In this document: positions 39,101-52,384 of the stretch, one piece after another
How positions within the stretch are numbered: the stretch's first letter is position 1
How the letters are laid out: the number at the start of each line of letters is the position of its first letter
Source: Styela clava
Lineage: Eukaryota
Length of the DNA stretch: 64,000 nt
Assembly: GCF_964204865.1 (NCBI RefSeq)
Contig: NC_135261.1
Coordinates: forward strand, 18,600,001-18,664,000
Reading direction: 5' to 3'
The notes under the pieces: generated by a model
What the model was told of the DNA's origin: nothing
Database searches by the model: none
The model's input: the letters and a program-made list of their open reading frames with translations, nothing else
Program-made: the position numbers and the translations under genes

Positions 39101-39957
39101 CAAGAGAAAGTCGAGAATAAAACGTCATCTTGTAAAACATGCATTGAAAAATGTGAAGCAGAAAGTAAGTAATTGGTTGTAATATTCTTTTTTCTATCAT
39201 AATAGAATGAATAACACATTCAACTTATTTGCCGTTTTACAATTTTATAGCAGGAAATATAATTCTTTTTGCATATTTAATCAAATTGTGAGTTTGAACA
39301 GATCTAATTCATTTCTATTTTCAGTTAATAAGAAACAAGAAAACTGTCCAACTTTTTTTAAGTAGGCTATTCACGAGGAATACGTAAATCATCAAATTTC
39401 TTCACCAGAGTTCAATGTCCATGAAATATATATGTTATTTATAACCCTAAATGCAAATGTCCCATGTGATCTCTTCCAGAAGTGGTACATATAAAATACA
39501 TCACCGAAAAATCCCGAACTGGTGGAAATTATAAATTAAGCATAACCAATTTAACGTACTTTGGATATTGCGGTTGGCAAAAATTGTTCAGATTCATAAC
39601 GATAAAATATTTACTTTGTTTATGCAATCCTGAGCAGACGAACTTACCTATGACAATGACGGAAAAGCATTTGTTTATATAATGAATAGGTATAAAAATA
39701 TGTAATGATCCCATAGTAACAAAATTATTTTGTGCAAAGAGGTCGATGAAGACGATGATGACATGCCGGAGGATGAAAATACAATCGACGATATCTTAGA
39801 AAAGGAAGATCTAGAAGATGATAGCCATGATGGAAATGATGAAACCGCAAGTGAAATAGAAGTTAGCGATGAAGATGAAGTTGGAAATGATGAGATGACT
39901 TCTGATGATATAATGTCAACTACGGGTGGTGATATGGCATCGGATTCTGATGAATAA
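36130..39957 (+). CDS. Gene B2: intact secreted RPGPF/RGD-repeat, Cys-rich (vanabin-like), acidic-tail protein, ~864 aa
   Basis: Exons 36130-36169, 36408-36464, 36648-38804, 39042-39164, 39740-39957, all GT-AG and phase 1, in frame. Signal MKILAALCCFVVVVSSYG; ~23 RGD motifs by hand count; 12 Cys; acidic C-terminus; AATAAA at ~40079. Confidence 0.88.
36975..38590 (+). repeat. Coding 42-bp minisatellite in B2 exon 3 with internal 420-bp higher-order duplication
   Basis: About 38 units; 37501-37880 is almost identical to 37921-38300. Confidence 0.92.
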
Positions 39958-41285
39958 TAATTCCGATTCAGCGACGAACGTTTTCTCTCTGGAACAGTTT
40001 TAAAATATTCAAATATATCTGAAATTGTTGTGTAAAATACTTAAAAATGTTGGAGCATTAATGTGTTGCTAATATGCTAATAAAACCGTATAACAGAATA
40101 CAAAAGTGGAATGGTTTACTTACATATGTGTCCCTATTGAAACATAACGCGTTCACATGAGAATGATTGTCTAATTCTCATAGATTAATTTGGAGTCTTT
40201 GTGCTGTTGCCACAATTAAATAAAACAATTCCGCACCATGGAATATGTACTACAAATCATTTTTTCGTCAGGTAACTTAGACAAAAAGCGACTGATCTGT
40301 TGTAAGATTTGTCTTTTAAATCGACTCATGACCAAAGTCGTAGCCTGACCAAAATTTGGGATGGGGGCTAGTGATGTGACTTTTAATTTTAAGTAAAAGC
40401 TACATATGTTCTAGGATATCACCTCCTGAAAAATGAAGCGGCACAGTTAGTTTCGTAGTCAGGCTTATTCAACAACTATAAACCTACAAACATGAAGTCA
40501 TTGCTGAGCGCAATTACGTCTTGACCCGTTGCATGCTTGAACAACGGGTCGCTTATCCGGTCAAAAACACTTACGGTAAATCGTAACACAAAGAAGACGA
40601 ATATATAAATTGGTCGTTGGAGCTTGCGTACCTTAAATATTTAAAAAGCATTTAACCTCTGATTTATGCTATAAAGGGGTGAGGCCGCTAGATCATGCAG
40701 TGGTTTTAATATGGCCGCACAGTTCTTGACAAAGCGGTGGTAGTAACATACTAGACCAAGAAAAGATCGAAGTTTATTTGAAAAAGGAAACTTGTTGATT
40801 GTTTCAAACTTTGAAGTCAGTGAATAGATACCCTTCGATGTAACGTGATGGCCTAAAAAATCGATCTCTTTTTTCCCGAACTCACATTTATAAACATTCA
40901 AGACAAGTTCGTATTTTCGAAAGCGTAAGGAATGTTGTCTTAGTGCTTGCCGATGTTGTTCCTCAGTTTCGGTTGCACATAATATATCATCGAGGAATAC
41001 AAATATATTCTATAAACCAGAAGTTACTTCCGACAGAAAACGAGAAAATGATGAACAGGCATTGCACAGACCGAATCGTAAAATTACTGATTCAAACCTC
41101 CTTCAGGACAGATGAAAGCAGCTTTCTTCCTATTAGATTGATGAAGAGATATTTGATGATATGCTCTTAAAAGGTCACATTTGCTGAAATAGTGGCAATC
41201 ATGTAATTCATTGGTAAAATCGCGCATGTGAGGAATTGGCCATCTGTCTTTTATTGTCTGATTGTTAAGGGAAATATAGTCGACT

Positions 41286-42136
41286 TTAACGATTTTGAAA
41301 AATTTACCTCATTGCGTTGTATTTAAAGTATTTTGTTAGAAAACTGATAGAGGTTTTTCTAATTTTTTTATGTGATTGGTAAGGAAATGAATCCAGCTAT
41401 TCATACCCAAAATATTTTTTGAGCCCCAAAAACGAATCTTTCTCAAATTTTGTGTCAATTTGGGAAAATTTACGTTATCGCGTTCTGTTGGATGTATTTT
41501 GTTGGAAAACTGATCGAGTTTTTTTCCAATTTTTTTTATCTGATCAAAAAGATGGTGAAACCAGCTATCCGTGCCTATAATATTTTTTGAGCCCCAAAGA
41601 CGGATATTTTTCAAATTTTGGGTCAATTTAACGATTTTGGAAAATTTACGTTATTGCGCTGTATCAAAAATATTTTGTTACAAAACTGATCGAGTTTTTT
41701 TCCAATTTTTTTACATGATTGGAAAGAAAATGAATCCAGCTATCTATGACTAAAATATATTTTGAGCCCCAAAGACCGATCTTCTTCAAATTTTAGGTCA
41801 ATTTAACGATTTTGGAAAATTGACGTTATTGCGTTGTATTTGAAGTATTTTGTTCGAAAACTGTTTGAGTTTTTTTCCAATTTTCTTTTTTGATTGAAAA
41901 GGAAATTCATCCAGGTATTCATACCCAAAATATTTTATGAGCCCCAACGACGAATCTTCTTAAATTTTGAGTCAATTTAACGATTTTGTAAAATTTACGT
42001 TATTGCGTTGTATTTAAAAGTATTTTGTTAGAAAACTGATCGAGTTTTTTTTCCAAATTCTTTACATGATTGGAAAGGAAAGGAATCCAACTATCCATAC
42101 CCAAAATATTTTTTGAGCCCCAATGACCGATCTTCT
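41286..42136. repeat. ~175-bp tandem repeat, ~5 copies, inserted in Gypsy pol
   Basis: Unit TTTAACGATTTTGGAAAATTTACGTTATTGCG...GAAAACTGATCGAG...TTTTGAGCCCCAA recurs at ~41286, 41458, 41627, 41802 and 41976. Confidence 0.9.
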
Positions 42137-43603
42137 GTTACACCAGGATCAACCAGAAATTGTCGGCCGCTTTTTTTATATCGAAGACGTAGAGAAGATT
42201 TGTTGTTGGAGAATTGGAATTAAGTCTATTAAGTGAATTTATATGGCGTTGTGAAGATCTTTTACAGCGCTCTAGGGCCTAGGCGAAAAGGGACCCCGAC
42301 TGGAAAAGGTACAGGCCGTTGCGTGCCAGGTTCCCATAACGTTGATGATACCAGCAAACTGTTGGAGTATTGGGTCGGTTATTTCTGTTGTTGGTGTTGT
42401 AACCTCTTGTCCTTACTATATGATGATTGGTGATTTTACATAAGGGCACTCTATGGATTCACAAGACTCGTGCGTTCTCCGTTTCTGACACGTACATGAT
42501 GTTGAGTTAACGCATCAGAGCTAAGAGAAGTAAGGGGTGCAGCTTTCGAAGACCAATGCGTAGTGTTATGCATTATATTGTCAAGTTCGTTTTGAAGATT
42601 ACCAACTTCGACATCATTGGGCTAACTTCGACACGGAAAGAATTTTTACTGTTGTCGACGCTATAGTCGGGGTTTAATGCAAGATTTTTATAAGAAATGG
42701 GATGGGCAGATTGTAAAGATCGTCTGGCGAATATATATACTCTCAGCTCGCTAGGCTAATTTATCGATGGTATCATCCGGATGGACAGAAAGAGCTTAAA
42801 CAATATCTGGCGGTAGTTGCTGAAAAAACATCTCCTTCAAACAAATATTCCGTGTTAGTGTTCGGAGCATCATTTGGGCAAACGGAACTGCGTAGCTTTC
42901 TTAAAATTACGGATAGTTTGAGATTAGAGCATCCGCCGTTGTAGATATCTCGTAAGCGATCTCTAAGCGGGACGGAGTAAGTATTGATCAGAAGTTCCCG
43001 CAAAAGTCGATAACAACTAGGATGATGCTAGCCTAGTAGGTGCGAGCGTAATTCCTAATTGGCGACTAATATTTGTCGACATCATCGTTTATCCCTCCCT
43101 ACCATGCGGAATCCTGCTTCTGTTGATGTAAACCACGAGTCAGGGGTATGGTACCGAAACTCATTAATTTGGAGTAATGGACGCGGTTGATAAATAAACT
43201 GTGGTTGTGGACGGACCTGAACAACATTATTATTGAGTGAGCCGGCAATAGGTGTGCTACCTATATCTATTTGTAGCTCAAACTGATTCATTGCACATTC
43301 TGGTGATTCCTCGCTATTATTAGCAATTAAAACCAAGTCAGTCTGCGTGCTTTCGAAGGAAAATTGTCTTCCAGTTAAAATACGTTGCATCTAATGATAA
43401 ACAACGTAAATAAAAACAATGGGCTAAAACGCACGCGACAAAATGGTCCTTTAAAGCTAATTATAAGAGCCTTGAAATTAATAAATTCAGTCAGTTCCAG
43501 GAATAAAATCTATAAAAACCTCGAATCCAGTTTCTTGAGGCTGAGGCTTGTCTGAGTTTGAAGCTTGAAGTTGAACTTGAGCACGCCGGGGTCACCAACT
43601 TTA

Positions 43604-43916
43604 TGTAGGATTCGTTGCTGTTGTTTCCTAAACTCCGCGTGCCGAGACCACACTTCCTTTTAATTGTCCGCTTAGAAGTCTCTAATAAAATGTGAAGATC
43701 TTTGTTGTATACTGTGTTAAAATCCAGTAGCAATAAAATGAATGAAACACTAAAAGAATTTAACTTGTTTGAGTACTAATGCTGAAGTTGCGTGGGGGTT
43801 CAGCGTTGGAAGTCGAGTGTCCGAAAAGAGCGCGTCCAATTTCGTATTCAAAACAGAATCCAAAACGTGGCAGCGCTTCACGGGTCATGTGACTCAGGCT
43901 TAGGTGTCGCTCTACA
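43604..43916 (-). repeat. Putative 5' LTR of the Gypsy element
   Basis: TG..CA termini with a short inverted repeat (TGTAG/CTACA), 6 nt from the PBS; no second LTR seen to confirm it. Confidence 0.6.
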
Positions 43917-43996
43917 TATAATCAGTGTAACTATTACTACATTTTCCAAATGATAATTTTGCTCAGATCAAGAGGCTTACAAATCCTAAGAACAGA

Positions 43997-46900
43997 ATGG
44001 GAAAATTATCAGTGTTTGGAATTACATTGGAAGGGAACAGAACAGTATATTTCCCGGGCGATTTCATCAAAGGACAAGTATTGATTCTAGTAACTGAGCC
44101 AATGAAGATGAAAGGTAAGGAGTGGTGGTCTTGCGGTCTTATAAAAATAATAAATCTTATAAATATTTTAGGTACCGTGCTTTGATTGCAGTGAAAAACG
44201 TGGATAAACGTCATATGAATTCATTCATTAATATGTGTTGTATATGTAACATCGTGTTAGAGTTTGGCCAACTCGTGCTCGAATATTGACATATTAAACA
44301 TAAAAATGTTTCCATTAAAAACAGTTTTACTCCTATTAAATTTGACATTGTGTAGTTTACTTATCAGTAAATCTGAGATTAGGCTAGATTGTTTTTATTA
44401 TTTCGAGAGTCAATTCGGTAGCAACGAAAATAAATGATCGTTATTAATAATAATTATACAATATCTTGGCTGCAGTGAGTTGCGCGACTCGTATCATATC
44501 CTCCTCCTGAATATTTTCCGGTTTTGTGTGTAGATTGTCATTGTTTGAAAATATCGAAAGTTACTGGAACTCACTGACACAAGAGAAAATGATTAATTAA
44601 AAGGTTCTCACTATACCATGATTTGTTTATAGCGTTCACAACGCATTGGGTATTAATTAGAAATTGTACCACTTTATGTCAATATCGAACTATCCAAAAC
44701 GAATCGATGGACATAACTAGGCTATTTTATAACGTTATTTGTCCTGCCTGTGCCCCGAGGTGTACATACATTGACTAATCTTTCTTAATCCTACTTACTG
44801 CTCAGCTATTAAAATCATGTGCGTCGGCAGAGCATACGTTCATTGGACTGAAACACACACAACAGGATCAGGCGAAAATCAACGAACCGAAACTGAAAAT
44901 TATTCTGAAACTGAGAACCTATTCGAACAGACTATCATCGTACACGGAGAAGGTAGGTAAAAACTGCAACAAACAGTGGTATAATTGAGCTTTATAATTT
45001 ACCCTAATAAGAAACTTTGTGCGCAAATACTTATATGTGCAAATGTTGTTATAGCCCAAACTTGAAATAAATATGATTTGCCAATGAAATTTATAGCAGT
45101 ATTTTGCATTTCTATTTACGCAGGCGCCAATGAACAGACTAATCTTTCACAAGGACAGCACGTGTTTCCCTTTCAGTATCAATTGCCGACACCACTTCCG
45201 TCGTCTTACGAAGGTAAGGACACAAATTTTCAATATCGGAGCTAAATGTGATCATTCATTTTCTGTAGGTAATTATAAATAAATAATGTTTAACAGGATA
45301 AATGTCCAAGTTACGAGCAATTTCAAGTAAATGGGATTGGGTGGAAGGTATTCGCATCTAAACTTTGGAAATACTACGGCGAACAGTGAATTCTTTACCC
45401 TCCTTCTTTTTTAGAATTCTTCCATCTATAAGTGCTGAAAATTTGGAATAGATTGGTCCATTAGTTGCAGAGAAGAGCAGTTTCCTCGTCAAACAGTTTT
45501 AAGCAACCGTACACCTAAATTATCAATTTTTTTCTTTGTTCCAGTTGCGTTTTATTTGCAATAAAAATTGCTATTAAAATTTTTATCTACAACGTAAATT
45601 ACCCGAGTTTACCCATTTTTTAGACGGCATTGGATACATTAGATACTGGGTGAAAGGAACAATTGTAAAACCATGGAAATTCGATAAATATACAACGCAA
45701 GTGTTTACTGTTCTTGATACATTGGATCTGAACAACATTCCAAATATATCTGTAAGTTTGATTTAAAGGAACAAGCATAAATAATAGCAGACAGGCGAAA
45801 GATCACGGGTATTGACTATGAAATTTGAAATATATTATTTCTAGGGAACGACGAAAAAATCACCCGTCTTCAAGTTCAGAAAATGCTCATTTTTAGTTCG
45901 TTAACATGTTCATCTTTAAATATTACAATCGTGAGTGGTGGCAATGGCAAATAAATGAAAAATCTCTGCCCCATATTGGTAAGGTGCTAAAAGTTAGGGT
46001 GCGGTAATTATTTTTGTCAACCGAAAAAAAGGAAATTTTCACATCCTTTACTCTCCTCTCTTTCTCATTCGAACAATTCATCATCTCCACACTTTTAAAT
46101 CACAGACTCCTTCTGGAAATTCAGACACAAAGACTCTTTGCTGCTGGTGTTGTACCAGTGGACCGATCGAGGCAGAATTTCACACTGACAGATCTGGTTA
46201 CGTTCCAGGGGAATATATTTTGATCAATGCTGCCATCACTAATTCTAGGTACTAAATCGTTTAATTAGCTATCAAAATGTATTCTACTATTCTATTTTAC
46301 TACTACTACTTAGTGTTAGTTTGGTTCACATCTTCTGCCTGTGATATAAATGATGTTTCTGCCAATGTACATATTTTTTTGATTCAGTTACAGCAAAGTT
46401 AAATACACGTCCGCAATGTTAATGCAAAATGTGACGTATCACGCAACAACCAAGACAAGGATTGATTCCCGAGTTGTCAACACAATAATGGGGCCTGGAG
46501 TTGATAAACGTGCGACTGAAAACTGGACTAACAAAAGACTTCATATTCCCCCTCTACCCCCATCTGAATCACTACACTGCAGAATTATTGACATAACTTA
46601 TTCTGTGATTGTGAGTATTCTAAAATGAAATCGTTTTCACGATAGGAAGCACTGACTCAATATTATATTTAAAATTTAATTTTGCACAGTCGCTATTATA
46701 CAGCAATAAACAAAAAAATATATTGAAACAATTTTCTACTCTTGAATCAGCAGAAATGCGAATGCTTATATTATTGTTCTTATTTTCAGTTCCAGGCTCA
46801 CCTAAGAACATGTGCCGTAGACATGCGTTTATACGCGCCAATCACAATAGGAACTATTCCTATTCGCAGTTTACAAATGTATAGGAACCCGCCCCCGTCA

Positions 46901-47261
46901 ATTGGTAACCAACGACTTGCCGTTGCACCAAGCGCTCCTCCAACCCACAATTTTCCACCCAACACCTCGCCAAATCCAGAGCAAGCAACAAGCGCTTATC
47001 CTACGCGGGGAACTTTTTATTGTAAGTTTAATTTTGTACTTTCATTTGACTCCGTAAAATAATTTACGTTACCTTAAGAATAATTCTATTCATATTACAC
47101 CTTGTTTGATTACAGCGCCCCCTCCCTCGTACCCGTCAGCAACCGGGGGTGGAGCAATAATAAAAGATGACGATTATGGATATACAATGGGAGACACATC
47201 TTTCACGCCTCAGTATACTTACTACGATTGGAATCAATCGACTTTCACTTCCAATAAATAA
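43997..47261 (+). CDS. Alpha-arrestin (arrestin domain-containing protein, ARRDC-like), 8 exons
   Basis: Exons 43997-44114, 44806-44952, 45124-45213, 45624-45751, 46106-46248, 46388-46610, 46790-47021, 47116-47261. Motifs [67 protein letters not shown] and a C-terminal PPSY (PPxY). Confidence 0.92.
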
Positions 47262-48468
47262 GTGCTTGACGACAGAATTTTATTTATAGTTCTTATAAAT
47301 AATAGTGACGCTTGAAAAGAACTCAAAGAGAATTGATGTATTTAGCTGTTTATACTTATATTTTATATATAGAAAGGAATTCTTACATAAGAAGAATTCT
47401 CACAACCGGTGTCAAAGAATGATATTTAAAAAACTATATATATGTCATCACACAGAGGGTCTATATGTAATTTCGGGCACTACATAACTCCCGAATTAAG
47501 CAATATTTTGTTAAAACTAGAATAGAAAATCAAATTTAAGATCAGGCAAGAAGAATATTGAATCTGGACTTATGAATCATTACAACTAATCTTTGTTCTA
47601 GATACCCAATATTTCAACCCAAATATACTGCAGTGGTTTTATTTTAATTGAGGGACAAACAACGGATATTCGTTACAGATGATTGTACTTTTTCAAAAAT
47701 TTATACATTCTTATCCATTGGGTGAATTTTACAAAGCGTATTGCGTATCTATATTTACATAAATTCTTGTTAAGCTTAAGTTAATTGCGTGGATGTGATA
47801 CTTGGAACGTCATACTTGGAACACACAAGTCAAGTTCTTGAATTTTGTTCGTCCGTATCACAAATTCTATGACGATTTAATAACTTTATTACTCTACTAT
47901 ACAAGTCCGAAATTGGCACACTGAAAACATCAAGTTGCTATTTCCTTTAGATTTACTTACGTTAATCGAATCACAATCAAGAGCAACTGCCGACGGTCAA
48001 TCATAAATAGCACTGTATTAATTTGCCCGAGGCGTTGGCATCGTGTATGCCATAAAATGTGAACAAAAAGTATTTGCATCATCACTTGTATTAATCATAT
48101 TCATATTTCGATCATGTTTTATCAAAATTCTATATGGAACAAAACCAGAAAATATTGAAAAACCGAAAGCCTAAACCATATTAGTCGGATTCTAAATAAG
48201 AAATTTACAATTACTATCAAACGTTTGTCGAATTCGTCCATTGGAATTGAAACAGCACAAAACAATATGTTTAGAATATTTATGCATGAAAGTGAACGTA
48301 AAGAGCACAAACGGTTATTCATACTCCAAACGATGAAAAATGAAAAACAAGGTTTATTTTATTCATTTAAACTGACAATTTTACAAATTAAAAAAACGTC
48401 TTGGAAAGTTACAATTTTCTGTTTCCGATATCCTTGTTACCGAATAAATGGAATGATTGTGATCAATT

Positions 48469-51400
48469 TTAGAAAGTTCCCGCGTGCGTTCCACTACTGT
48501 TCCAGATTTCTTTTTCGTTTCGTCCATGGGATGAATTAAAATCCAGACTCGGTCCCATGTGAACTATTCCGAATGGATTGACATGAAGATGACTCATCTG
48601 AAAATGCAGATCAAACGATATTCATTTCAATATCAATAATTTAACGTTATTATCAAAGGAGCGTCTTCGCTTTTATTTTGAATGTGGTGTCTATATTCGA
48701 TATGTTACAACCCATCTATGACATCCCCAATAAATATCAATTCATAGGCTTCAAAACCCACTGATGTTATCACATTGTTTTCGATCTCTAGCTATTCTAA
48801 GAAGTCTCATGACAATAAACCAGTCTTTTCAAACATATTTATCATTTTTTTCTCTAGTTGACGACAAAAATATGAGTATTAGCTTTAGCATATTTTAAAT
48901 TTTGGTCGCAATAAATGATTTCTGTTGTAATTGTTTTATAGTGAAAATAAAAACCCGATGTATTACCATGTAATGTTTTCGAATATGTTCAAAATTCGTC
49001 GTTTCTGCAAATCCAGGAGTCTGATACAAATCTCTTAAGAATCCCCATAAGTTGGGATAATCTATAATTCGTTTCTTGTTGCACTGAAACATAATGAGCA
49101 ATTAGAAATAATGGATGGTAGAAATGATCATGCTCAATATTGTTCTCAGTAATAGAAAATATCAGTGATTCGCCTGTAATGTTTTGTTCACTAATCGATA
49201 TTTTAAAAAAGGGATTTTTTTGTTGCGAATTTAGTGCATGCCATTACCTTTGAGCAGTTTTTGCTCAAGATTTTCAATATGCTTACATCACCCCACGCAA
49301 TTTTAAATTTGCTTGGTAAAAAACACGAAAGCATCAATCTCTGCACCAAAAATATTGATACCTATCATATTGAGCAACACTAGGTGAGAAATTCCAACTA
49401 CGTCTGTGAAAAATCGCTATGAAGAGATTAAAATCCCATGTTTCGATGAATTATATTGAAGGTCATTTCGGTGAGCAAGCATGCTATTAGAAGACAAATT
49501 ACCTTGAAATGTCCATGATAGACGTGATCAAATCTGGCAAGAGTTGTATACAAACGAACATCGGCTTCAGTCAAACGATCCCCAACGAGATATCGAGATT
49601 TACTTAAGACTTGTTCGGCCTGGTACAAACGAAAAGAGATTTTCCAACTTTATTCAAACGAGTCTCGTAGATAATACCGTCTTCTCTAACAGATAAACCA
49701 AATTTATAGCTTACTTTATCCAAGTGTTCGAATAAATTTTCAACTGCTTTATCGTAAGATTCCTGTTCCTTTGCGAATCCGCATCGGTAAACTCCGATAT
49801 TGATGAACCTAAATGAATACGTGTCAAATATGTTATACGTCTTCCACACTGGTGAATATCGGGGTGGACGACGTGTGAACTGGTACGCCCACAACCAGAA
49901 GTAAATTTTATTTTATGCCACCACTAAATGAATCATGAATAGATCACTTCTAATATTAGCAGCAAAAGTACTTCTCTATATAATTTGCTCCAAACGAACA
50001 GTAGTCTTGCTGTCACAAGGTTTTTAATCTTTTTATTAAACTCAATAAAATAAATACACTTACGGAAAAACCCATTCATTAATCGCATCAATTTGAGGGC
50101 GAAGTTCTTCTGGGTAAATATCTACTGCTCGTTTTTGATCATCAGCACAAAATTCATCAAACTCTTTCGTAAACATTCGTATTATTTCACTCGATTCGTT
50201 ATTGACTATTTGATTCGTTTTCTTGTCAAATAATACTGGAACAGATACTCGTCCTTCATAACCTGGAATAGAATAAAAATCAGGGTCGAAAGTAATTAGT
50301 TTTATAGAAACTATAGAGTTTCTAAGCTGTTGACATTCCAATTTGTAAAATACATTAGAAAACGTTGTGGAAATTATGGAAAAATGTGTAGATCAAATCT
50401 ATGATTGAGAGCGAAACTGATTAATCTAGACATAGTTACTGGAGTTCATATTGAAAATTGTTTCATCGTGGTGATGGTTCTATATTTACAATATACGGAT
50501 GACAGATCATGCACAACCATGTTCATCAATCAGAACTTCTATTTGAGATAATATGAAGTCGTAACATGGATAAATGATCCTAACATCGAGGAAGAGATTA
50601 CGCGGGAAAACAAAATCAAAAAAAATTTGATCATAAAACTTCATAATTTGAATAATAGCTAGCATATATAATTAAATGTTATTTTACCAGTTTTTATGTA
50701 CAAGTTTAGAGGTTAAAGGTCGATAGTTACATAAAATTTTATCGTACAAAAATAGAAAGTTCGGTTATACCCGGTGACACCTTTTGGTATATTTCTTTCA
50801 GATACTTTGCATCAAAAATGGGGTCTTTTTCACACTTGTCTACCTGGAAGACAAAATTACTTTCAATTTTTGAATAATCAACATTAATTTAGTTTCAATT
50901 CACAAATAGAAACAACAAAATTTTAACGTTAGCTTATGCGAGATTTACGCGACTCACTCTGTTTATATTAAACATGTAATTTACCTCTGGATTAAAGCGC
51001 CATCCTTCCTTCGGCATAAGAAAATCAACTACGGTGTATGAGATGACGTCCTCTAGCCCTTTCAACCTGACATGAATATAGAAGATACAAAAACAAATTG
51101 ATGATGGATTAATTTAAGATAAATTGATAGTTTGTTTATTAAGCAATGACAAATTTGATAATCATTTGAAATATATGAGACATCTACTGGGCCGAGGGAA
51201 GATAAAACAAAACCCATTAACAATAAGGAACCAAGTAAATATTTGTTTCTTACTTGCGTGTGATGAGTGTACGATGTGCCCATGGACAAGCTAATGAAAC
51301 ATACAGATGATAACGATCTTTCTCTGCTTTGTAACCGCTGGAGCCATCAGCTTGAAAAATTAAAGTTTACTTTAAATAAAGTTGAAATCTTTTCGAACAA

Positions 51401-52384
51401 TAATCTCCGAAATAATATGTACATAAATACTAATCCCATCCATGAATGTGCTTAGACTTATTTTACACTTACAACGCCCTCCATTCCCATGTTGTCAACA
51501 AGAAATGATAATAAACACAAACTTCAGTGCAATAACTTTACTGTTAAATAGATCCCAGACACATGCTCATCGATCTTGTAGAACGGTGATCTCACGCGAA
51601 TTTGATTATACGATCCTAATAGAGCAGCCAATAACGACAAAAGTACTATTTCGAAAAGTGAATTATCGCAAAGGCCCTTTTTGTGGCTACTATTTTGAAT
51701 TGCCACTAATGTCACAAGGACAACGAAGGATAAATTTACTATAGATAGGTAATGGTTGAAGCTGCAAGCGTGCACAGCAAACTAAATATTGCTTCAGTAT
51801 CATGTAAACGCTTACTGCCACCTGAGCTTCAACGTTAACAAAGTTAGATACATGCATATATGTAGCTGTAGGGCTTAACAATGAAGACACCGTCGTCATA
51901 CTCGTAGTGTTATTGCGAGATTTATGACTTTAGTTTAGTTATAATTCTAAATGTTAAAGTTTGTCTATAAATGTTTCAAGTCCGCAACAAGTTTTAAAAG
52001 TCTAACTATTAACCAAAGTCAGTAAAATTAACTACAATTAGATAACTACTATAGATATATATCTACACGTGCTCCGAGCAAACTCGGAGATAAAATAAAA
52101 AATTATAATGCCTAGATTTGAATATATTTCGAGTACATATGGAAAGAAATCTCACAGAACAAATCGCACATGAATATAACCCAACGAGCGCTTCCAAACG
52201 AACCAACATTTTAAATTGTACAAGGGAACTTCTGGAAATTGCAAGATTGAAAACTAATCTTTCTTAATTACAAAACATTAAAATTTTGTTAATTATTGAG
52301 AGCTTAATTACCAGTAATCCAGTTCCTAAATATAGTTCCTGGTGGCACAGTTGAAGATGTGTCCTTCTGTCCTGCTTTCGACAT
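48469..52384 (-). CDS. Glutathionyl-hydroquinone reductase (Xi-class GST, YqjG/ECM4-like), copy 1, 9 exons
   Basis: Spliced motifs [24 protein letters not shown] (~51253-51350), [84 protein letters not shown]. The start may extend upstream to 52582. Confidence 0.92.

Larger units (their letters stand above)
40641..43916 (-). mobile_element. Decayed Gypsy-type LTR retrotransposon (5' LTR, PBS, gag and RT remnants; 3' part missing)
   Basis: RT remnant KCEFGKKEIDFLGHHV...LRSFLGLVCYYHRFVKNCAAILKPL (40641-40901); gag-like EFRYHTPDSWFTSTEAGF (43082-43390); minus-strand PBS TGGTGACCCCGGC ending at 43597; LTR candidate with TGTAG...CTACA ends. Confidence 0.8.
490..47620 (+). repeat. Tandem segmental duplication (unit 1 ~490-23290, unit 2 ~23410-47620)
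   Basis: Collinear homology: 490-590 with 23415-23515; 4700-5300 with 23685-24260; A1/B1 with A2/B2 and their intergenic DNA at ~17.8 kb offset; 22140-22750 with 40190-40630; 23015-23290 with 47390-47620. Confidence 0.8.
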
